5,837 nt of DNA, from NCBI GenBank assembly GCA_003660925.1, contig QMVD01000043.1, positions 1 through 5,837 of the forward strand, read 5' to 3'. Each line of letters begins with the position of its first letter. Position 1 is the stretch's first letter. The notes beneath the pieces were generated by a model. That model worked only from the letters and a program-made list of their open reading frames with translations. It ran no database searches and was not told where the DNA came from. This stretch comes from Nanobdellota archaeon (GTDB lineage Archaea > Nanobdellota > Nanobdellia > B33-G15). This document shows, piece after piece, positions 1 to 4,038 of the stretch. Position numbers and translations under genes: made by a program.

Positions 1-1
1 A

Positions 2-535
2 AGGAAAACTGCTGCAGGACTAACCCTCTCGATACTAGCTACATTCTTTACCTCTAGCATAATGGGCTCATTCCTTCCCATCATATTGAATACCTATGGA
101 TACAACATAGAGGACATAGGCATTGTTCTGACCATCTCGGGTTCCCTGCCTTGGGTCTTGGTCCCCATCCTCATCCTACCCTTAGAAGAAATGAGAGAGA
201 AGTTCTCCCTAGCCTTGGGCTTCTTATTGAAGGCCATGGGCTTCTTCCTCTTCCCACTCTCCAAAGAATTATCTTCCCTCTTAGTCGCGGTCTTCCTCGT
301 GAATGCAGGGGGAGGAGCAATAAGCCCCACCATAAATGCCATCATCGGAAAGATGGCAAGGGACGGTGAGAGGGGAGGATACTCTGGCCTCACGGAAACC
401 TTGAAGGACATAGGCATCTTGGCAGGAAATTTCAGCGGTGGCTTCCTCCTTCAGTACTTAGGAGTCCCCATCTTTTACTTCTTAGGGCTCTCATGCCTGA
501 TCACCATCCCCTTCATCCTCCTCCTTTTTAAATGA
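2..535 (+). CDS. MFS-type permease, C-terminal portion (5' end lies outside the window)
   Basis: Track ORF 62..535 is not a true start. The same frame stays open back to nt 2 (AGG AAA ACT GCT GCA GGA CTA ACC ... ATA ATG, no stop), so the gene enters from the left edge. The translation is a series of hydrophobic helices (LSILATFFTSS, IGIVLTISGSLPWVLVPILIL, LALGFLLKAMGFFLFPL, LLVAVFLVNAGGGAISP, GILAGNFSGGFLLQYLG, FYFLGLSCLITIPFILLL) joined by short charged loops, as in the second six-helix half of major-facilitator transporters. Stop TGA at 533-535. Confidence 0.7.
   Translation, partial: RKTAAGLTLSILATFFTSSIMGSFLPIILNTYGYNIEDIGIVLTISGSLPWVLVPILILPLEEMREKFSLALGFLLKAMGFFLFPLSKELSSLLVAVFLVNAGGGAISPTINAIIGKMARDGERGGYSGLTETLKDIGILAGNFSGGFLLQYLGVPIFYFLGLSCLITIPFILLLFK
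525..533 (+). promoter_or_regulatory. TATA-like box for tRNA-Arg(UCG), overlapping the MFS stop codon
   Basis: TTTTTAAAT at 525-533 occupies -29..-21 relative to G554 (tRNA +1). This is the same register as the other boxes in the window. It overlaps the TGA stop at 533-535. Confidence 0.45.
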
Positions 536-553
536 GGAAGGAGATTTCTTATC

Positions 554-627
554 GGGCCCGTAGTCTAGCCAGGATAGGACGGCTGGCTTCGGACCAGCGG
601 ACCCGGGTTCAAATCCCGGCGGGCCCT
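554..627 (+). tRNA. tRNA-Arg, anticodon UCG
   Basis: Hand-folded cloverleaf. Acceptor GGGCCCG (554-560) pairs with CGGGCCC (620-626). D-stem GTCT (563-566) pairs with GGAC (577-580), with a 10-nt D-loop. Anticodon stem GCTGG (582-586) pairs with CCAGC (594-598). Anticodon loop is CT-TCG-GA (587-593), with U33 and G37. Variable loop is 4 nt. T-arm is CCGGG-TTCAAAT-CCCGG (603-619). Discriminator T627; no encoded CCA. Confidence 0.93.
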
Positions 628-641
628 GAAAAGATTTAAAG
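628..641 (+). promoter_or_regulatory. BRE/TATA-like box for tRNA-Ala
   Basis: GAAAAGATTTAAAG at 628-641. The AT core 634-641 occupies -28..-21 relative to G662. It lies in the 34-nt spacer between the two tRNAs. Confidence 0.5.
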
Positions 642-661
642 CCCCATCTCGGTTTTCTCAT

Positions 662-734
662 GGGCCGGTGGTCTAGTTGGTAGGACGCCACCCTCGCACG
701 GTGGAGGCCGCGGGTTCGAATCCCGCCCGGTCCA
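662..734 (+). tRNA. tRNA-Ala, anticodon CGC
   Basis: Acceptor GGGCCGG (662-668) pairs with CCGGTCC (727-733) and includes the G3:U70 wobble pair (G664:T731), the alanine identity element. D-arm is GTCT-AGTTGGTA-GGAC. Anticodon stem CCACC (688-692) pairs with GGTGG (700-704). Anticodon loop is CT-CGC-AC (693-699). Variable loop AGGCC. T-arm is GCGGG-TTCGAAT-CCCGC (710-726). Discriminator A734; no encoded CCA. Confidence 0.95.
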
Positions 735-1481
735 TTGATAATCCTCAAGATCCCGTGCAATTTAGGAAGTTTGAAGGAGAGCCACGTGGAGGAAGCTCCA
801 GATAAGATAGTGGAAGCAACCAAAGAGTTCTTCTTCTCGGACGGATTTGAGGTGGAAGAAGTGGAAGTGATTAAGGACAACGTGAGCGAGACGCAGGAGA
901 ACATCGAGAAGAAAGTTAGGGAGATCGATGGCTTCTTCGTGGCCCTGGGAGGAGATCATTCCATAACCTATCCCATCGTCAAGGGTTTGAGAAGGCCTTG
1001 GCTCCTCTTCTTGGATGCTCACCCCGATTGTCAGAGTTCCTTCTATCCCGTGAGTTATGAGGATGTTGTGAGGGGGCTCGTGGAGCATGATTTGGTCAAG
1101 GGAGTCATCATGCTAGGGGTGAGGAATTGGAGTCAAGAGGAGAGAGAATTCATGAGAAAACACGACTTGAACGTCTTCACGGCGAACGAGGTATTCGAAA
1201 GAGGGATGAAGCAAGTAACGGACGAAGTCATGGGAAGGTTGAAGGGGGAGAGGTTCTACGTGAGCATAGACATAGACGTGTTCGATCCGGCTTTCGCTCC
1301 TGGGACGGGGTGGATAGAACCAGGAGGCTTGAGTTCGAGGGACGTTATCTACCTGTTGAGGAAGTTAAAGCTCCTAAAGGGGTTCGTTGGGATGGACGTA
1401 GTGGAGGTGGACCCCAGGAAGGATGTGAACGACATGACGATTAAACTCGCCGCGAGGCTCCTCCTAGAGTCAAAAAGTTAA
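735..1481 (+). CDS. Arginase-fold ureohydrolase (agmatinase / aminopropylagmatinase family), unusually short at 248 aa
   Basis: All binuclear-Mn ligand motifs of the arginase/agmatinase family are present: GGDHS (aa 72-76), DAHPD (aa 94-98), SIDIDVFDP (aa 177-185) and VEVDP (aa 223-227). The N-terminal IILKIPCNLGS...EEAPDKIVEAT resembles the family's first strand and loop (xxGxPxDxG....GP..IR.aS). Substrate cannot be assigned from sequence. The start is uncertain: the first possible start is TTG at 735, directly abutting tRNA-Ala, and an alternative GTG lies at 786. Confidence 0.85.
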   Translation: MIILKIPCNLGSLKESHVEEAPDKIVEATKEFFFSDGFEVEEVEVIKDNVSETQENIEKKVREIDGFFVALGGDHSITYPIVKGLRRPWLLFLDAHPDCQSSFYPVSYEDVVRGLVEHDLVKGVIMLGVRNWSQEEREFMRKHDLNVFTANEVFERGMKQVTDEVMGRLKGERFYVSIDIDVFDPAFAPGTGWIEPGGLSSRDVIYLLRKLKLLKGFVGMDVVEVDPRKDVNDMTIKLAARLLLESKS

Positions 1482-1486
1482 ATAAT
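1473..1486 (+). promoter_or_regulatory. BRE/TATA-like box for argS (leaderless geometry), overlapping the upstream stop codon
   Basis: AAAAGTTAAATAAT at 1473-1486. The AT core 1478-1485 occupies -29..-22 relative to the A of ATG 1507. The TAA stop of the ureohydrolase (1479-1481) lies inside the box. No Shine-Dalgarno-like sequence lies between the box and the ATG. Confidence 0.55.
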
Positions 1487-1506
1487 GTTCAGGTCCTTTT
1501 GACAAC

Positions 1507-3111
1507 ATGGTTTTAGGGGAGATAAGGGAGAAGGTAAAGAAGGAGTTGAAGAAGTTAGGGGTAGAGAAAGAGTTGAAGAGGAGTGAGAAGCATGGGGACT
1601 TCTTCATAGAGGCCTTTGACTTGGATGGGGAAGAAATAGCAGAAACTTTCAAAGTGGAAGGGGTGAAGGCAAAAGCGGAAGGGAACTACGTGAACTTCTA
1701 CGTGGACTGGGAGTATTGGGGGAAGAGATTGTTGGACAAAGTGCTGAAAGAGGGGGAAAACTATGGAAGGGAAAAGATGGGAAAAAAAGTGGTCATCGAG
1801 TACTCGAGCCCGAACGTCGCCAAGCCCATGCACGTGGGTCACTTGAGGAACACCATCTTGGGAAATTCCCTGTGTAGGATCTATGAGTTCATGGGAAACA
1901 AGGTGATCAAGATCAACTGGTTGGGAGATACGGGCACTCAATTCGGGAAGCTCATCCTGGCTTATAAATTATGGGGGAATGAGGAAGAGCTTGAGAAGAA
2001 CCCCATAAAGGAGTTGTTGAGGGTGTACGTCAAGTTCCACGAGGAGGTGGAGAAAGACCCGAAGTTGGAGGAAAAGGCAAGGGAGATATACGCAGCTTTG
2101 GAAGGAGGGAAGGAGGAATTCGTGGAGCTCTGGAAGAGGTTCAGGGAGTTAAGTATAAGGGAATTCAAGCGCATATATGACCTCCTCGGGGCGGAGTTCG
2201 ATGAATACACCGGGGAGAGTTACTACATAGAGAAGGCCAAGAAGGTGGTGGAGGAGTTGAAGAAGAAAGGGCTCGCCTACGAGAAAGAAGGTTCCGTGAT
2301 CCTCCACGTGGAAGGTGTCCCGGACACCGTCATCATGAAGAAGGATGGCACGACCCTATACCTCACCAGGGACCTGGCGACTGCGATAGACAGGTACGAG
2401 AAGTACAAGTTCGACCTCATGTTGTACGTGGTCGGGTCGGAACAAAAACTCCATTTCAGGCAGTTGTTCAAGACCTTAGAGGCCATGGGATATGAGTGGG
2501 CTAAGAACTGCAAGCACATCTCCTATGGGTTGATAAGGCTCCCTGAGGGGAAGATATCCACCAGAAAGGGGAGGGTGATCACAGCGGAAGAGGTGATAAA
2601 TAGGTCCGTAGAAGAAGCTGGAAAGGTCATGAGAGGGATAGGCAAGTTCAACCAAGAGGTAGCTGAAAAAGTGGGACTGGCCGCAGTCATCTACAGCATC
2701 TTGAAGGTTGACCCGGAGAAGTTCGTGGAGTTCAAGTGGGAGGAGATGTTGAGGTTGAAGGGGAACACCGCCCCTTACCTCTTATATTCCTATGTCAGGG
2801 CGAAGCACATCCTGGACAAGGCAGAGTTGAAGGAGTTTGAGGTGAAGGGGTTGAAGGAGCAGGAAAGGAGGCTCCTGAAGAAGCTCTCCCTCTTCCCCTT
2901 GGTTGTGAAGGAGGCTTTGGAGAGGAATAAACCCAACTTCATAGCCAATTACCTCTACGGGCTGTGCGACGACTTCAACAGGTTTTATGAAGAATGTCAA
3001 GTCCTAGGGTCCGAAAAAGAGGAATTCAGGGTGGCCCTAGTCTCCTGCACGAAGATTGTGTTGGAAAATTGTTTCAAGTTATTGGGAATGCCCTTGGTAG
3101 AGAAGATGTAA
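1507..3111 (+). CDS. argS: Arginyl-tRNA synthetase (class I), compact 534-aa form
   Basis: Class I HIGH signature as PMHVGHLRN (aa 107-115), preceded by EYSSPNVAKP. The ArgRS-type replacement of KMSKS is GKISTRKGRV. The N-terminal part (GDFF...AEGNYVNFYV...ENYG) matches the ArgRS N-domain pattern. The C-terminal anticodon-binding helices end in the ArgRS-typical terminal Met (...LVEKM*). ATG at 1507, TAA at 3109-3111. Confidence 0.97.
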   Translation: MVLGEIREKVKKELKKLGVEKELKRSEKHGDFFIEAFDLDGEEIAETFKVEGVKAKAEGNYVNFYVDWEYWGKRLLDKVLKEGENYGREKMGKKVVIEYSSPNVAKPMHVGHLRNTILGNSLCRIYEFMGNKVIKINWLGDTGTQFGKLILAYKLWGNEEELEKNPIKELLRVYVKFHEEVEKDPKLEEKAREIYAALEGGKEEFVELWKRFRELSIREFKRIYDLLGAEFDEYTGESYYIEKAKKVVEELKKKGLAYEKEGSVILHVEGVPDTVIMKKDGTTLYLTRDLATAIDRYEKYKFDLMLYVVGSEQKLHFRQLFKTLEAMGYEWAKNCKHISYGLIRLPEGKISTRKGRVITAEEVINRSVEEAGKVMRGIGKFNQEVAEKVGLAAVIYSILKVDPEKFVEFKWEEMLRLKGNTAPYLLYSYVRAKHILDKAELKEFEVKGLKEQERRLLKKLSLFPLVVKEALERNKPNFIANYLYGLCDDFNRFYEECQVLGSEKEEFRVALVSCTKIVLENCFKLLGMPLVEKM

Positions 3112-3122
3112 AAGTTATTAAC
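3111..3122 (+). promoter_or_regulatory. BRE/TATA-like box for tRNA-Arg(GCG)
   Basis: AAAGTTATTAAC at 3111-3122, starting in the last base of the argS stop codon. The AT core 3115-3121 occupies -28..-22 relative to G3143. Confidence 0.5.
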
Positions 3123-3142
3123 TCTTGGCTCCTCTTTCAATT

Positions 3143-3236
3143 GCCCCCGTAGTTTAGCTTGGAAAGAACGCAGCCCTGCGGAGGCTGTGACCCCGGTTCA
3201 AATGACCCCTGAGGTCTGAAAATCCGGGCGGGGGCA
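3143..3236 (+). tRNA. tRNA-Arg, anticodon GCG, with a 20-nt non-canonical intron in the T-loop
   Basis: Acceptor GCCCCCG (3143-3149) pairs with CGGGGGC (3229-3235). D-stem GTTT (3152-3155) pairs with GAAC (3166-3169), with a 10-nt D-loop. Anticodon stem CAGCC (3171-3175) pairs with GGCTG (3183-3187). Anticodon loop is CT-GCG-GA, with G37. Variable loop is 4 nt. T-stem CCCGG (3192-3196) pairs with CCGGG (3224-3228), but 27 nt separate the two strands instead of 7. Removing 20 nt restores the T-loop TTCAAAT. The spliced length of 74 nt and the overall architecture match the other tRNA-Arg at 554-627. Confidence 0.88.
3203..3222 (+). other. tRNA intron at position 59/60 within a bulge-helix-bulge motif
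   Basis: The T-stem forms the outer helix. TTCA (3197-3200) pairs with TGAA (3217-3220) as the 4-bp central helix. The two 3-nt bulges are AAT (3201-3203) and AAT (3221-3223), on opposite strands. The inner helix is GACC (3204-3207) paired with GGTC (3213-3216), closed by loop CCTGA. Because both bulges are AAT, the exact cut position is ambiguous by +/-2 nt, but the spliced product is TTCAAAT in every case. Confidence 0.75.
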
Positions 3237-3250
3237 CGACCCTTTAGACT

Positions 3251-3925
3251 TTAAGGTCCTCTTTCTCCTAAGTGCTCCCTTATCTTCTCCCTGACATGGG
3301 GGTAGAGGACCACTTCCTCCACCTCCAAGCTTTTAACTAGGTAGGGGTCCATCTCCCTCAACTTTTCCAGCAACCTCTCGAAGTTCTGCTTGGAGCTGAA
3401 GGAGACCATAACCGCTGGATGAAAGGAAACTCCCTGATCCAGTAAGTTCTTAAGGGCATCGAGTTGCTTCTTAAAACCAGAGGATCCTGTAAGAGCTCTG
3501 AACTCTTCTTCGTTCGTCCCTTTAAGAGAGACCCTCACGTGTAGATTATCAAACCTCGAAAGTTCCCTCACGTATCTCTTGTCTAACAGGATTCCGTTGG
3601 TCTCAAGGATGAAGAGGAGATTCGTCCCTTGAAAGAGTTCCAGGACCTCCAACAGGTGTTTCTCGCAGAGAGTGGGCTCGTTTCCGCTTATCCTCACCTT
3701 GTTCACCCTGTTTTTCTCGGCTATCCTCACCAACCTCTCGAAGACCTCTCTCGGGGAGTAGAACCTCCCTATCAACAAGTCCCTTGGCCTCCACGACCAA
3801 CAGAAAAAACACTTCAAATTACAACCGGTACAGTCCGCGGTGGCTATTCCCCCATAGAACTTGGCGAACCTGAACCTGTAATACTTCCTCTTTTCCCCTC
3901 TGCAAACTTTCTCCCTCACGTCCAT
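3251..3925 (-). CDS. Small radical-SAM enzyme (224 aa), function unknown
   Basis: The [4Fe-4S]/SAM cluster motif is C35-x3-C39-x2-C42 (CNLKCFFC), with an extra upstream Cys (C32TGC). The GGE-type SAM motif appears as ISGNEPTL (aa 79-86). ILETNG (aa 106-111) and VRVSLKG strands are typical of the partial TIM barrel. No SPASM or auxiliary-cluster Cys pattern is present. ATG at 3925, TAA at 3251-3253 (minus strand). Confidence 0.88.
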   Translation of the reverse strand: MDVREKVCRGEKRKYYRFRFAKFYGGIATADCTGCNLKCFFCWSWRPRDLLIGRFYSPREVFERLVRIAEKNRVNKVRISGNEPTLCEKHLLEVLELFQGTNLLFILETNGILLDKRYVRELSRFDNLHVRVSLKGTNEEEFRALTGSSGFKKQLDALKNLLDQGVSFHPAVMVSFSSKQNFERLLEKLREMDPYLVKSLEVEEVVLYPHVREKIREHLGERGP

Positions 3926-3946
3926 GGGGTGAAAAGAACGTTCCCT

Positions 3947-3954
3947 CTTATAAA
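3947..3954 (-). promoter_or_regulatory. TATA-like box for the radical-SAM gene (leaderless geometry)
   Basis: The minus strand reads TTTATAAG across 3954->3947, which is -29..-22 relative to the A of the ATG at 3925. Confidence 0.5.
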
Positions 3955-3995
3955 CTCCAATCAGAACTCTAAGATATATTCTCTTAAATATAAAA

Positions 3996-4007
3996 ATCTT
4001 TAAAGAT
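3996..4007. promoter_or_regulatory. Perfect 12-bp palindrome ATCTTTAAAGAT in the divergent control region (candidate operator and/or TATA)
   Basis: ATCTTTAAAGAT equals its own reverse complement. It sits in the 113-bp AT-rich spacer between the radical-SAM gene and the wHTH gene. AAATCTT recurs 21 nt downstream (3994-4000 and 4015-4021). Confidence 0.4.
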
Positions 4008-4038
4008 ATTGCGGAAATCTTAAAATAGGGGTGGTTGG

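Noticed and set aside
94-417. ORFs 94..417 (minus) and 151..369 (plus) inside the MFS gene
   Set aside because: Both are alternative-frame or antisense shadows of a reading frame that encodes coherent transmembrane helices. Their translations are R/P/K/G-rich with no domain signature.
554-734. The tRNA genes as attachment sites of an integrated element
   Set aside because: I found no duplicated tRNA 3' segment, integrase gene or viral/plasmid-type gene in the window. The flanking genes are housekeeping genes.
786-788. GTG 786 as the true ureohydrolase start, with a weak box CAATTTAG at 758-765
   Set aside because: Not fully rejected. It is disfavoured because codons 2-17 upstream encode what looks like the conserved first strand and loop of the arginase fold, and the box lacks the AAAG element seen at the other promoters. 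It is kept as the alternative hypothesis in the findings.
491-904. 137-aa minus-strand ORF spanning both tRNA genes and the ends of two CDSs
   Set aside because: It runs antisense through two well-folded tRNA genes and the MFS and ureohydrolase coding sequences. Its translation is low-complexity (S/T/P/G-rich) and it has no promoter box. It is a shadow ORF.
1105-1111. C-box-like ATGATGA motifs on the minus strand (1105..1111 and 2330..2336) and TTGATGA on the plus strand (4904..4910) as possible C/D-box sRNAs
   Set aside because: All lie inside coding sequences. None has a D box (CTGA) at the right spacing, a terminal stem or a promoter box. The intergenic spacers here are too short to host a C/D sRNA.
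762-1444. ORFs 762..1088 (minus) and 1127..1444 (plus) overlapping the ureohydrolase
   Set aside because: They overlap a frame that carries all arginase-family motifs. The plus-strand one is an R/G/E-rich out-of-frame reading of purine-rich codons.
1470-3000. Five antisense ORFs inside argS (1470..1652, 1555..1941, 1962..2210, 2277..2519, 2782..3000)
   Set aside because: The argS sense strand is strongly purine-rich (GAR/AAR codons), which depletes stop codons on the complementary strand. The products are S/F/L/P-rich with no motifs or promoter boxes.
3197-3223. The T-loop insertion in tRNA-Arg(GCG) as evidence of a pseudogene or sequencing/assembly artefact
   Set aside because: The inserted 20 nt form an exact helix-bulge(3)-helix(4 bp)-bulge(3)-helix structure whose removal regenerates TTCAAAT. 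All other stems are perfect and a correctly placed promoter box is present.
3603-4003. ORFs 3603..3812 (minus, other frame) and 3629..4003 (plus) overlapping the radical-SAM gene
   Set aside because: The radical-SAM frame carries CxxxCxxC, GNEPTL and ETNG. The competing frames have no signatures. The plus-strand ORF would also run through the AT-rich divergent promoter.
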